From positions 492,638-556,637 of the forward strand of contig JAYQSL010000007.1 in assembly GCA_038146865.1 (NCBI GenBank): 64,000 nucleotides of DNA. The letters run 5' to 3'. Source of the stretch: Rhodospirillaceae bacterium. GTDB lineage: Bacteria > Pseudomonadota > Alphaproteobacteria > MPNO01 > UBA2964. Below, in pieces: positions 53,501 through 63,956 of the stretch. Below the pieces are notes generated by a model. It ran no database searches. It was not told the DNA's origin and saw nothing but the letters and a program-made list of their open reading frames with translations. Both the position numbers and the translations under genes were made by a program. Each line of letters begins with the position of its first letter. The first letter of the stretch is position 1.

Positions 53501-53993
53501 CCAAAATATGGCGCCGCTGTTTGGGCTTAGCGTTTATCAATGCCCCAATGCGACCCTGACTAACGAGGGCAGTTGACCGGGCGCCAGTCGCTAAATCAGC
53601 GAAAAGAGTGTGAATGTCACGGGCTCTGAATTCTGTTCCGTTTACTCGGTATTGCGACCCCTCTCCTCTTTCAATCCGTCTTGTAATTTCCAGTTCATTG
53701 GCACCGTTGAATTGGGCGGGTGCGGATCTGTCAGAGTTATCTAAACCAATAGCCACTTCTGCAAGGTTTCTTGCTGGACGTTTATCAGTGCCGCCGAAAA
53801 TAACATCATCCATCTCGCCACCACGCATCTGTTTGGCGGATGTTTCCCCCATTACCCAGCGTAAAGCCTCAACAAGGTTCGATTTTCCACATCCATTGGG
53901 ACCAACAACACCGGTAAGGCCTGGTTCAATGAGTAATTCTGTTGGCTCCACAAACGATTTGAAACCTGTGAGTTTTAACCTGGTAAAATCCAA
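50532..53993 (-). CDS. smc: Chromosome segregation protein SMC
   Basis: 1153 aa with an N-terminal Walker A (GPNGCGKSN), long coiled coils, a hinge, and a C-terminal LSGGE signature. Confidence 0.9.
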   Translation of the reverse strand: MDFTRLKLTGFKSFVEPTELLIEPGLTGVVGPNGCGKSNLVEALRWVMGETSAKQMRGGEMDDVIFGGTDKRPARNLAEVAIGLDNSDRSAPAQFNGANELEITRRIERGEGSQYRVNGTEFRARDIHTLFADLATGARSTALVSQGRIGALINAKPKQRRHILEEAAGITGLHSRRHEAELRLRAAETNLERLDDLLGALEEQLKTLKRQARQATRYRNLSDHIRRAEAIAIHHQWNYAKAEEKEAQKRLSDAEHIVEELTREVAIKSSDESDAASKLPGLRETEVAKAAILQRLLIEKDGLEKEEERIETEKREVENLLNQIKADIQREVALEKDADQALARLQSELASLLDSQKNEQQKLVNAEAVSQKIQSSVSELEARLAKITEVIAQKETLKASFQAQVANGEEQRQKISQRRKSVEAERDLAQEIIDNQAQIQNFDLEAAAAKTQLDEARSAFDGAISLRNTLVGREAELRQSLQKANSILDRLHAEEEALKKFLTVGNSELWPPMIDAVEVKPGYEMALAAALGDDLEAPSDEAAPIHWKTLPPMSAAPSLPEGAKPLLEFVDAPAALARRLSQIGLVENEDTGNRLAPELKTGQRLVSLNGCLWRWDGYTAADGDAGAAATRLTQRNRLEEISIEIKTASSAKAGVQTQFEQAETERQQAESHERLTKDEVRKLELSYQRIRDEEIANNQSLADARSRKNSAIEKLEALRIDDAEQETTIENARQELYSLTNIQEMKDESNQIKSSLAEARSAFLDARSAQEKLSNQAAHRQTRIREIETESQSWQTRADDARDQSQILTERLKLYQTKLTELENSPSEIAERRVSLTEKVINAEQARNEAADNLLEAENLLTQISSIRKQKEALLGEGRESRVRYQASCEQCHLALEAIVERASDRIKRHPTKALEVFEHKENEKLPELEQIETRIEKLKRERENMGAVNLRADLEANELDERIGSMALEREDLLAAISRLRTGISSLNREGRERLLGAFKEVDGHFQKLFTRLFGGGKAYLTLATDEDPLEAGLEIMASPPGKKLQSMSLLSGGEQALTALSLLFAVFLTNPAPICVLDEVDAPLDDANVERFCLLIQEIAAQTGTRFLVVTHHRLTMARVDRLFGVTMGERGVSQLVSVDLQSAEKIRRTA

Positions 53994-53997
53994 TTTT

Positions 53998-54717
53998 CTA
54001 ACCCTTAGGTGTTTTTAGTTTCTCTTCTATCACCGAACGCAGCTGTTCGACGTCTAACCCACCGGAGTAAAGGTCTCCATTAACTATAATGGTGGGCGTT
54101 GACCGAATAGAGAATTGTTTGGTTGCGGCAAGCCGCTCATTGATCACGGTGTCGATCATTTGTTTGTCTGAAAGGCATTTTTCGAGCGAGGCCGTTGTAA
54201 GTCCGCCCAATTTGGCCAGGGCTACTAAACCAGCAGCTGGGTCTCCAGAAGTCCATTGCTCCTGTTGAAGGAAAAAAGTTTGGATAAAGCGATATCTGCG
54301 TTTTGGTCCCGCACACCGGGCAATGATTGACGCTCTAAGAGCCCATTGGTCTAACGGAAAATCGCGATAGACGAGACGGACCTTATTCGTATCGACGAAT
54401 TCCCGTTTTATGACGGGAAGCACTTTTTTGTGGAAGTCAGAGCAATGGGGACATGTCAGTGATGAATACTCAATAATCGTGACCGGAGCGCCCTTATTTC
54501 CAACAATCAAGTCGGTTTTATCGATGGTTATCTCAGAAAAACTCGCATCAGGGGATAAGCTAAGATTCGATTCTTTATCGTTTTTCGCCGTATTAGATGA
54601 TGTTGTTTGCGTTTCACTCTCTATGATTGGTTTACTTGTAGAGATCCCATTGTAGATGGCGATAGCTCCACCTATCAGCAATACAAATCCGACGATATAA
54701 GGCCAAATGTTCCGCAT
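53998..54717 (-). CDS. DsbA-family thiol:disulfide oxidoreductase
   Basis: N-terminal transmembrane anchor and a CPHC thioredoxin motif. Confidence 0.8.
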   Translation of the reverse strand: MRNIWPYIVGFVLLIGGAIAIYNGISTSKPIIESETQTTSSNTAKNDKESNLSLSPDASFSEITIDKTDLIVGNKGAPVTIIEYSSLTCPHCSDFHKKVLPVIKREFVDTNKVRLVYRDFPLDQWALRASIIARCAGPKRRYRFIQTFFLQQEQWTSGDPAAGLVALAKLGGLTTASLEKCLSDKQMIDTVINERLAATKQFSIRSTPTIIVNGDLYSGGLDVEQLRSVIEEKLKTPKG

Positions 54718-54819
54718 ATCACAACTTCCTACACTAAATGTAGCGCATGGTTGCGGTGTCGGTCCAGTTTTCAGGCGCGATTAGGAACGATTCTGATTTA
54801 ATCCCGGTAAGCCTTCAAT

Positions 54820-55317
54820 TTATTCAATTTCTCTCGATTTTAGGGTTTTTCCGAGGGCGGTTAGGGCTTTTCTTAGTTCGTCGTGTTGGATATTTGATGT
54901 CATCGATTCGATTTTTTGGGCAGTTTCGAGGGTCAAAGGTCTGATTTTCGGAAGCTGGTGGCTAGGTAAGGAATCAACAGAGTTGCCATGTATGATTGTT
55001 ATTTTTTCAACTGCTTTGTAGCCAAAAAAAGAATTAATGCGCTCTAACAGGATAGGCTCTTCGTGCTGAAGTTCTGTGGCTAAAGGGGTGGGAGCCTGAA
55101 TTCTAAGGGTTCCGCCCGATCTTTTTCCTCTGGGAAAGGTAAGTTTTTGGGGCACGGTTTCTTTTGCTAATTTCGGGGTAACGATTTCTTCCCAAAGTCT
55201 GATAATTTCTGGTTGTAAATAACCCCGATTATTCATAGCCGATGGGGCGGATTGCGTTATCAATGAGCCGAGCGCCCTTAAGCCATGCTTGTTCCGATTT
55301 TTAAGCTTATTCGCCAA
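54820..55317 (-). CDS. DUF721 (DciA-like) protein
   Basis: 165-aa basic protein at the conserved position between smc/dsbA and mutY. Confidence 0.55.
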   Translation of the reverse strand: MANKLKNRNKHGLRALGSLITQSAPSAMNNRGYLQPEIIRLWEEIVTPKLAKETVPQKLTFPRGKRSGGTLRIQAPTPLATELQHEEPILLERINSFFGYKAVEKITIIHGNSVDSLPSHQLPKIRPLTLETAQKIESMTSNIQHDELRKALTALGKTLKSREIE

Positions 55318-55368
55318 TCAAAAAATTCCGTGACTTTATATTAACGAATTATGCTACTTTAGTGGCCT

Positions 55369-56460
55369 ATGGAGAACAAGAACCAAGTGAGCCCACAAAA
55401 AGCCGCTTTTTTGCGGAAACAGCTCTTGAATTGGTATGATTTGTTTGGACGGGAGTTGCCCTGGAGAGTTCCTTTAGGGAAATCTCCTGATCCGTATCGG
55501 GTGTGGCTTAGCGAGATAATGCTGCAGCAGACGACTGTTGCGACAGTCGGCCCCTATTTCGAAAACTTTCTTACTCGTTGGCCTAATATCAGTTCACTCG
55601 CCGATGCGTCCTTGGACGAAGTGCTGCATTCATGGCAAGGCCTAGGATATTACGCGCGGGCTCGCAATCTTCACCGTTGTGCTAAACTCTTAAAAGACCA
55701 ATACGATTGTAAATTTCCGCAAAGCGAAAAGATGTTGCTTAGTCTGCCGGGTATTGGTCAATACACGGCTGCAGCGATTTTAACTATCGCATTTAATAAG
55801 CCTGCAAATGTTGTAGATGGAAACGTAGAGAGAGTTGTCTCCAGGCTGTTTGGAATAGAGGATCCTTTGCCTTCATCAAAAAACAAACTAAGGCAGTCAG
55901 CTGAGCAGCTTATTCCCTCCAAATCCGAGGGCCGACCCGGAGATTATGCCCAGGCTTTGATGGACTTAGGGGCAATGATTTGTCTTCCCAAGAGACCGAA
56001 GTGTGATAAGTGCCCTTGGGCTAAATCTTGCAAGTCAGCCCAATCGGGTCAGGCTCAATTTTTGCCGCGGCGTGAGCCGAAGAAGATTAAGCCCGTTCGC
56101 TATGGGATCGTTTATTGGATTCAGACTGAAGATGGAGAAGTCTTGTTACGACGTAGGCCGGAAACAGGATTATTAGGTGGAATGATGGAGTTTCCCTCCA
56201 CTGAATGGGTTGAAGGGAAAGTGCAGACAGAAATGACACTTGCAGGACTTTCACTTGGCAATCGAGCCACCAGGGTCGAGGGCATTATCAGTCACACATT
56301 TACTCATTTCAAACTTGAACTTTCTCTGTCAGTAGTGCGACTGCCTCAAAGGATTGAGTTAGAGGATCTAATTTGGTGTTTGCCCCAACACTTTAGTGAG
56401 CAAGCTTTTTCTTCTTTAATGAAAAAAGTAGCTCGGCATGCGATGCGATACTTAGGGTAA
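55369..56460 (+). CDS. mutY: A/G-specific adenine DNA glycosylase
   Basis: HhH-GPD domain, a 4Fe-4S cysteine cluster (CxxxxxxCxxCxxxxxC region), and a C-terminal NUDIX-like domain. Confidence 0.9.
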   Translation: MENKNQVSPQKAAFLRKQLLNWYDLFGRELPWRVPLGKSPDPYRVWLSEIMLQQTTVATVGPYFENFLTRWPNISSLADASLDEVLHSWQGLGYYARARNLHRCAKLLKDQYDCKFPQSEKMLLSLPGIGQYTAAAILTIAFNKPANVVDGNVERVVSRLFGIEDPLPSSKNKLRQSAEQLIPSKSEGRPGDYAQALMDLGAMICLPKRPKCDKCPWAKSCKSAQSGQAQFLPRREPKKIKPVRYGIVYWIQTEDGEVLLRRRPETGLLGGMMEFPSTEWVEGKVQTEMTLAGLSLGNRATRVEGIISHTFTHFKLELSLSVVRLPQRIELEDLIWCLPQHFSEQAFSSLMKKVARHAMRYLG

Positions 56461-56541
56461 AAGCTCCGATTGTTTGATAAATTCCCGCTAGGACCAAAAC
56501 CGACAAATAATATCTTGTTTATAGTTGGTCTTGAAAAACAA

Positions 56542-57753
<1,212 letters not shown>

Positions 57754-58362
57754 TTAGCTATGACTCAAGATCTTGTTTACCGGGCTAAAAAGTTTTCTAT
57801 GGTGGGGAGTTATACCTTTACTCTCAAGCGCTTCTAAATGCTGCCGGGTGCCATAGCCAGCATTTTTAGCCCAACCATAGTCGGGATAACGTCTATCTAG
57901 CGCCTTCATGACATTATCACGATACACTTTTGCTAAGATTGAAGCCGATGCGATAGAGATCGATAGAGTATCACCTTTGATGATAGTCTTCGTTGGGCAT
58001 GGCAAAGTTGGAGCTTTGTTCCCGTCTATTAAGGCTAAGGATGGTGTTTTTGGCAAGGCGAGAACAGCGCGACGCATGGCCAGCATGGTGGCGTTTAGAA
58101 TGTTATAGCTCTCAATTTCTTTTACTGAGGCAGCACCTATACCACTTAGACCATGCTTTCTAATTTTTGATACCAGGTACTGCCGTTCTTCTGGCTTGAG
58201 TTTTTTAGAGTCATCAATCTTTTTGAAGAATTCCTTATCAAATGATTTACAACGATAAATTACCGCAGCTGCGATTACCGGGCCTGAGAGCGGACCGCGT
58301 CCAGCTTCATCAACTCCAGCGACGAGACCACTATGCGCAATTTCGTGAGAAAAATCAGGCAT
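57754..58362 (-). CDS. rnhB: Ribonuclease HII
   Basis: 202 aa with DEAGRGP near the N-terminus. Confidence 0.9.
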   Translation of the reverse strand: MPDFSHEIAHSGLVAGVDEAGRGPLSGPVIAAAVIYRCKSFDKEFFKKIDDSKKLKPEERQYLVSKIRKHGLSGIGAASVKEIESYNILNATMLAMRRAVLALPKTPSLALIDGNKAPTLPCPTKTIIKGDTLSISIASASILAKVYRDNVMKALDRRYPDYGWAKNAGYGTRQHLEALESKGITPHHRKLFSPVNKILSHS

Positions 58363-59686
58363 TATTATCTGGCTTATCGAGGAAAGTTTTATGGCAGGTT
58401 TTTCGAATTTCGTTCAGGCGGTAAAAAATAAATCTTTTGAGTTTAGCTATTCGGCGCAATGTCCAACGGAGTAGTGCTCTCTCTCTAACAAACGTTGAGA
58501 GTAGAATATCCCTCCAGCCATCAATTCCTCTGGTTGCGATTAATTGAAGCCTTCTTGTGGTGCTGAGCCAAAATGGGCTCAATCCGAGGCTTAAAGCAGT
58601 TACGGCTATTATGAGGCGAGATTCGTCGGAGGAAATAGCCCCCACCGTTAGGCCTGTGGCGGCTAAAAGGAAAGAGAACTCTCCCATTTGAGACATTAAC
58701 ACACCAGCCAAGAACGCTTTCTGCCAGGTCTCACCCAGTAATCTTAATATTGCCACATTAAGACCGGTCTTAAAGACCATAACAATAAGAAAAAGAGAGA
58801 ATACGACGCCGATATTCCGCCAAATGAAACCAAGGTCAATTAAAAGCCCGATTGAAAGAAAAAATACCATAAGTAGGACTGTCTGAATGGGTCTTACAAC
58901 TAATAACATGGGCCTCCGTTCAGCGCTGTTGCCAACAAGGAGGCCTGCCAAGAATGCTCCGTAAGCCGGAGACAGACCCATAAGACCCAGCATAGCACCG
59001 CCTCCAAAGCAGTAGACCAACCCAGCCAGGGGCGACAAGTCCGGGTATTTGGAAAACAGGCGGTAAAAGGGTAAATGAGCTCTTCCTTGTTGCAGTAAAA
59101 ATCTAATTAGGAGGGCGAGGAGAACAACTGCACCAACAAACTTTAGGGCGCCACCAAAACCCAATCCCTCACCGCCCATATTCTCCACGATCAGCATCAT
59201 GGGGAGAAAGGCGAGGTCTTGGGCGATAAGAACAGCGATGGTGATCCTTCCTATCCTGTTTCTGGAGGCTTTAACCTCATCAAGCATTTTTACCGCAACT
59301 GCCGTGCTGGATAGCGCGACCACAAAACCTAAAAGCACGGCCGTCCTTAGAGGTAGGTCGATTATCCATGCCAATAAAAAAACAACTAGGAGACTACCAG
59401 CGCTTTGCAGTAAAACTGCGGGAAGTGCGATCCGCCAGGTAAACTTGAGTGTTCTTACACTCAACTCCATACCCACTATGAATAGTAAGAGGAGAATACC
59501 TAGCTCAGCAAAGTAAGCTACTATTCCCTCGTTTTTTATTAGCCCAAATCCGGTCGGACCTAGTATGACCCCCGACAACAAATAGCCAACCAGTGGAGGT
59601 TGACCTAAACGCGCCATAAACATACCACAGATCAATGCGGTGATTATGACGAAAGCTATTCCTGATAAATCCGCTGCATGTTCCAT
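58355..59686 (-). CDS. Cation:proton antiporter (CPA family, Kef/NhaP-like membrane domain)
   Basis: 443-aa protein with about 12 transmembrane helices in a Na_H_Exchanger-like pattern, and no KTN domain. Confidence 0.7.
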   Translation of the reverse strand: MEHAADLSGIAFVIITALICGMFMARLGQPPLVGYLLSGVILGPTGFGLIKNEGIVAYFAELGILLLLFIVGMELSVRTLKFTWRIALPAVLLQSAGSLLVVFLLAWIIDLPLRTAVLLGFVVALSSTAVAVKMLDEVKASRNRIGRITIAVLIAQDLAFLPMMLIVENMGGEGLGFGGALKFVGAVVLLALLIRFLLQQGRAHLPFYRLFSKYPDLSPLAGLVYCFGGGAMLGLMGLSPAYGAFLAGLLVGNSAERRPMLLVVRPIQTVLLMVFFLSIGLLIDLGFIWRNIGVVFSLFLIVMVFKTGLNVAILRLLGETWQKAFLAGVLMSQMGEFSFLLAATGLTVGAISSDESRLIIAVTALSLGLSPFWLSTTRRLQLIATRGIDGWRDILLSTFVRERALLRWTLRRIAKLKRFIFYRLNEIRKTCHKTFLDKPDNNA

Positions 59687-60089
59687 CGCTTAAATCGACT
59701 ATAGCAGGATCAAGCTTGTTATGAAGAGTTACAAATTGTGAGTTTCAAAATTTTAAATGGGTTTTCAAAGGGACTGAGATTCTAATTAAAGATTAGCACG
59801 CTCTTTCTTATTCGGGGTAATTCGTGCAAAGACTTGCTAGTCAACAGATGTCGCAAAACAAGTGCGACGATCAGTGGATTGTTTTATAATTCTTTTCGGC
59901 AAGACCGAATTCCGCAAATCTGAATGTTAGATGTCGCAATGCACGATTAACCAATGTCTTTTTATTGATGTTGGTGTCTAAACTTTGTTCGGATCTTTCC
60001 TTGCTGTATTAAATTTTTCCAGGAGCCTGAGCTCAAAAGTAAAAACTTATGTGATCCCTATTTGGGCTTTACCATGTTAAATTAGTCAG

Positions 60090-60764
60090 GTGAAAAATGT
60101 GATCAAAATAAGTGTAATTATTCCTACTCTAAATGCCTCTGAGAGTCTTCTTAGAACCATAAATTCGGTCAAATTGGCAGCGGATGAGGTAATCGTAGTT
60201 GATGGGGGCTCAACCGACGGATCTGTTCAAATTGCTAAGGAGGCTGGAGCTAGGGTAATTAAGACCGGAAGTGGGCGAGGGCTGCAACTTTCAGTTGGCG
60301 CCAGTGGAGCCCGAAATGACCAGTTACTTTTCCTGCATGCGGACACCCACCTTGGGCCGAATTGGCCGGAGATGGCTAAAAATTTATTTTTAAAAGGCCA
60401 AAAAGCAGGCGTTTTTAAGTTTGTACTGGAAGATCAGAGTTTTTTTGCGAGATTGGTTGAGGTGTTTGTCAGCTTCCGTTGCAGATCATTAGGTTGGGCT
60501 TGGGGAGATCAAGGGTTATTGATTAATCGGAATCTCTACCTGGCTGTAGGTGGGTTCAATCCTAATATGCCCTTATTTGAAGATGTCGATATAATTCGGA
60601 GGATCGGCAAACCACGCCTAGAAATTCTAAATGAGAACGCAATTACATCTGCCACTCGGTACTTGAGAGGTGGTTACCTCTGGAGATCACTAAAAAATCT
60701 TTGCTGTTTAATTAGCTATTTCTTAGGTGTGTCGCCAGCGAAAATCCTGAGGTTTTACAATTGA
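60090..60764 (+). CDS. Family 2 glycosyltransferase
   Basis: VIIPTLNA ... VVDGGSTDGS GT-A fold motifs. Confidence 0.75.
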   Translation: MKNVIKISVIIPTLNASESLLRTINSVKLAADEVIVVDGGSTDGSVQIAKEAGARVIKTGSGRGLQLSVGASGARNDQLLFLHADTHLGPNWPEMAKNLFLKGQKAGVFKFVLEDQSFFARLVEVFVSFRCRSLGWAWGDQGLLINRNLYLAVGGFNPNMPLFEDVDIIRRIGKPRLEILNENAITSATRYLRGGYLWRSLKNLCCLISYFLGVSPAKILRFYN

Positions 60765-61366
60765 AATTTTTAAGAAGACGGCCTGTTGTAATTATTTTCG
60801 CTCGGGTCCCTCGCCTGGGCGCGGTTAAAAGGCGATTGGCTGCTGGCGTGGGAATGCATGAAGCTTTTGAATTTTATGCCCGGTCTTTTTCAAACTTGGT
60901 TAGATCACTTTCGTCAAACCCTCATTGGGATTTAGAGCTCTGTGTGACCCCAAAAAATGTTAGGGGGATCAACAGAATTTTGTGTCACTCAGAGACAATA
61001 ACATTTCAATCTTTCGGGGATTTAGGGTTAAGAATGGAGCGTGCCATCGTCAAACATAATTACAGTCCGGTTCTCCTTGTGGGTAGTGATATCCCAGGAA
61101 TACTTCCCTCTGATATCGAGAATGGAATTAGGGCACTCGGAAGAAATGATTTCGTTTTTGGCCCAACACTAGATGGAGGTTACTGGCTTACCGGGGCACG
61201 ACGAGGTAACTTAGTAAGGGGGATATACAAGCATGTTCGATGGTCAAGCCCCTATGCTTTGACCGACACTATGCGGAATACTCAAGGGAAGAAAGTAAGC
61301 ACACTCAGGCATCTGAGAGACATTGATGATGAGGAGGATTATTACGAATACATGAAGTCTGGATAA
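60761..61366 (+). CDS. DUF2064 family protein (partner of the GT2 gene)
   Basis: Translationally coupled to the GT2 gene by a 4-nt overlap. Rossmann-like IIFARVPRLG N-terminus. Confidence 0.6.
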   Translation: MKFLRRRPVVIIFARVPRLGAVKRRLAAGVGMHEAFEFYARSFSNLVRSLSSNPHWDLELCVTPKNVRGINRILCHSETITFQSFGDLGLRMERAIVKHNYSPVLLVGSDIPGILPSDIENGIRALGRNDFVFGPTLDGGYWLTGARRGNLVRGIYKHVRWSSPYALTDTMRNTQGKKVSTLRHLRDIDDEEDYYEYMKSG

Positions 61367-61404
61367 CGGGTCCTAATCTTTTGGTCCCGGGAATGCCAGA
61401 AAGG

Positions 61405-61572
61405 CTATTTTATTTTTGCTTCTTTGAATACAACGTGTTTTCGGGCAACTGGATCGTATTTCCGTTTTTCCATTTTCTCTGTGAGAGTACGAGGGTTTTT
61501 TCGGGTAATATAGTAAAAGCCAGTATCGGCCGTGCTGACCAATTTAATCTGTATCGAGTTAGCCTTCGCCAT
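61405..61572 (-). CDS. rpmG: 50S ribosomal protein L33 (bL33)
   Basis: Hand-translated 55 aa: [55 protein letters not shown], a classic bL33. It is missing from the ORF track because it is under 60 aa. Confidence 0.8.
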   Translation of the reverse strand: MAKANSIQIKLVSTADTGFYYITRKNPRTLTEKMEKRKYDPVARKHVVFKEAKIK

Positions 61573-61745
61573 TACTTTTATTCCTTCGAAAGAATGATGG
61601 ATGCTGGAAAATACAAGCGACGTTCATTCTGTCAAGGAGTAATCATATTTGTGCCAATCTTTTACTGGACCAGGGTGCCTGCTCTTTGGGCTAGTGAGAT
61701 GCCTGACGATAGTCCCAAAATCATTCGTATTTAGAACGAAAAAAT

Positions 61746-63956
61746 TTAGCGTCTCGGTTTTTGTTTTTTATACCTTGCATTTCTTAGGGAAGAGTTCCGG
61801 AATGAAGAAAAGAGCGACACACTAATGCTCCCAGTTTGTTTATCTGCGGATTTTATGAAGACTGATAATTGGTCCCCTAATGAATATTTTACCTTTTGTT
61901 TTGGCCCGATAAGAGCTCGCGATTTTTCGTCGAATCGAAAGCGTCCCCGGCCTAGTTCAGAAATCGGTAATAAGGCATCTGATCCAAATTCGTCTAGCTC
62001 TACGAAAAGGCCAAAGCGTTCTACCCCCGTGATTCTGGCCCCGGTTTTTTTTCCAAGCTGTCCAGAGAGTAGTGCTGCGGAGTAACGATCAAAGGCATCT
62101 CTCTCAGCCAAAGCCGCGCGTCTTTCTGTCATTGAGATATGTTTGCCTATAGTCTCAAGGCTCTCTGTTGAGCCTTTTTCGATCTTATCTGGTCCCAAGC
62201 TATGGGCGCCAATAAGTGCTCTGTGCACCAAAAGATCAGAATATCTTCTTATTGGAGATGTGAAATGGGCGTAATTGTTCAGGGCTAAACCAAAATGACC
62301 TATGTTTTCTGGACTATAAATTGCCTGTGCCTGTGTCCTAAGAATCGCATCTTGGATCCCTCTCGCATCCTTTCTGGCCATGACTGTTGTCAATAAGTTT
62401 GCAAAGTGTTTCGGTCTTACAGATTGACCTCCTTTTAAGGATAAACCCAAAGTCTTAAGAAAATCCCTAAGTGACTCGATGCGATCTAGGGCAGGGTTTT
62501 CATGAACGCGAAACATACAAGGCCATCCATGTTTAATAAGTGACTCTGCGGCACAGATGTTGGCCAAGATCATGAATTCCTCAATAAGTCGATGGCTATC
62601 CAGTCGATTTTTGGAACGAATGCTGGAACAGGAGCCTTTTTCATCTAAAATAATTCTGCGCTCAGGTATCTCGAGGTCTATTGCCCCCCGTTCTTTTCTC
62701 GCAACATGAAGAGCCTGATAAGCGCCGTATAGGGCGTCCACACGTTCGTCCCCAATTGGAAAACTTTTTTCATGCCCGTTGTCTTTTGCCTCTTGGAGCT
62801 GCTCGTAAGTCAACCTTGCAGCTGAACGCATCAGCCCCCTATGAAAACTGTGACTAAGCTTTTCGCCATCTTCGGAAATATCAATCTCCACCGCGATGCA
62901 GTATCTTTCTGCTCCTGGTACCAAAGAACATACTCCATTAGAGAGCTCCTCAGGTAGCATGGGAACCACGCGATCAGGTAGATAGACTGAATTTCCCCGG
63001 TCCTGTGCAGCATGATCGAGGGCGCTATCCATGGGGACATAATGAGAGACATCAGCAATTGCAACGAGAATTCGCCAGCCTTTTGTGCCGCCTTGCAGTG
63101 GGGTCGCATAAACAGCGTCATCGAAATCTCTAGCATCTTCTCCATCAATGGTAACTAGTTCAGTTTCACGAAAATCTTTTCGGCCATCGAGTGAGAATTT
63201 TGAGGTAATTTTTATCGATTCGAGGACCTCTTTTGAGAACGCGATCGGGATCTCATTTAACGCTAATACAAGGTCGCCGATTGCCCTGGGGTCGTCCTGA
63301 TGAGCAATAATTTCGGTAACTTTTGCTAAGGGAAGCCCATATACCCTTCCTTCCAAAACCTCACAGGATACAAGATCTCCCTCTTTAGCACCGCCCAAAT
63401 TTTCTTGGGCGACCAAGAACTCTCCTTTGCGTTTCCTTGAAACAGGCTCAATTCGCCCGCCCCCTGTATGCTCTCGAACCAACCCGAAAATCTTTCCCTG
63501 ATTGCGCTCTAGTCGTCGGATGGTTCGGCCCCAAAACTGGTCTTTTTTCTTAAATAATTTTACAAGGAGCCTGTCACCGACCCCTGGTGCGGAACCATGT
63601 CTTTTATCATTAGTTAATCGTATAAAGTGGTTTAGCGCCGCGAAGTCAGGCCTAGTGGGTACTAGAACGGGATTGCCTTCTTCATCAATGGCAGTGATAT
63701 CGACAACAATAATTGAAGGAAGATGGTCCGATAAAATATAACGTCTGCTTCCCTCTCGTTTGAGCAAACCATCTTTTTCGAGGTCTCTCAATAGCCTGGT
63801 AATGTATGACCCATCCGCGCTATCCAATTGGAAGTAGCGTTTAATTTCTCTTTTCCCGCAGGGGCCTATCTGTTTGGAGAAGAACTCGAGTAATTTCTCT
63901 CGGTCAAGCGGTTTTTCTGTGATCTCAGAAGAGCTCACGGGAGCCCAAGCCATCAT
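61746..63956 (-). CDS. rnr: Ribonuclease R
   Basis: 736 aa with an RNB catalytic domain, an S1 domain, and a basic C-terminal tail. Confidence 0.9.
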   Translation of the reverse strand: MMAWAPVSSSEITEKPLDREKLLEFFSKQIGPCGKREIKRYFQLDSADGSYITRLLRDLEKDGLLKREGSRRYILSDHLPSIIVVDITAIDEEGNPVLVPTRPDFAALNHFIRLTNDKRHGSAPGVGDRLLVKLFKKKDQFWGRTIRRLERNQGKIFGLVREHTGGGRIEPVSRKRKGEFLVAQENLGGAKEGDLVSCEVLEGRVYGLPLAKVTEIIAHQDDPRAIGDLVLALNEIPIAFSKEVLESIKITSKFSLDGRKDFRETELVTIDGEDARDFDDAVYATPLQGGTKGWRILVAIADVSHYVPMDSALDHAAQDRGNSVYLPDRVVPMLPEELSNGVCSLVPGAERYCIAVEIDISEDGEKLSHSFHRGLMRSAARLTYEQLQEAKDNGHEKSFPIGDERVDALYGAYQALHVARKERGAIDLEIPERRIILDEKGSCSSIRSKNRLDSHRLIEEFMILANICAAESLIKHGWPCMFRVHENPALDRIESLRDFLKTLGLSLKGGQSVRPKHFANLLTTVMARKDARGIQDAILRTQAQAIYSPENIGHFGLALNNYAHFTSPIRRYSDLLVHRALIGAHSLGPDKIEKGSTESLETIGKHISMTERRAALAERDAFDRYSAALLSGQLGKKTGARITGVERFGLFVELDEFGSDALLPISELGRGRFRFDEKSRALIGPKQKVKYSLGDQLSVFIKSADKQTGSISVSLFSSFRNSSLRNARYKKQKPRR

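Noticed and set aside
50656-54018. Multiple 64-134-aa plus-strand ORFs inside smc
   Set aside because: They are antisense to the SMC coiled-coil region. The Ser/Leu-rich translations are typical of reverse-frame artefacts.
61381-61734. 117-aa plus-strand ORF between DUF2064 and rnr
   Set aside because: The sequence is low-complexity, and it overlaps a clear bL33 gene on the opposite strand. It is most likely spurious.
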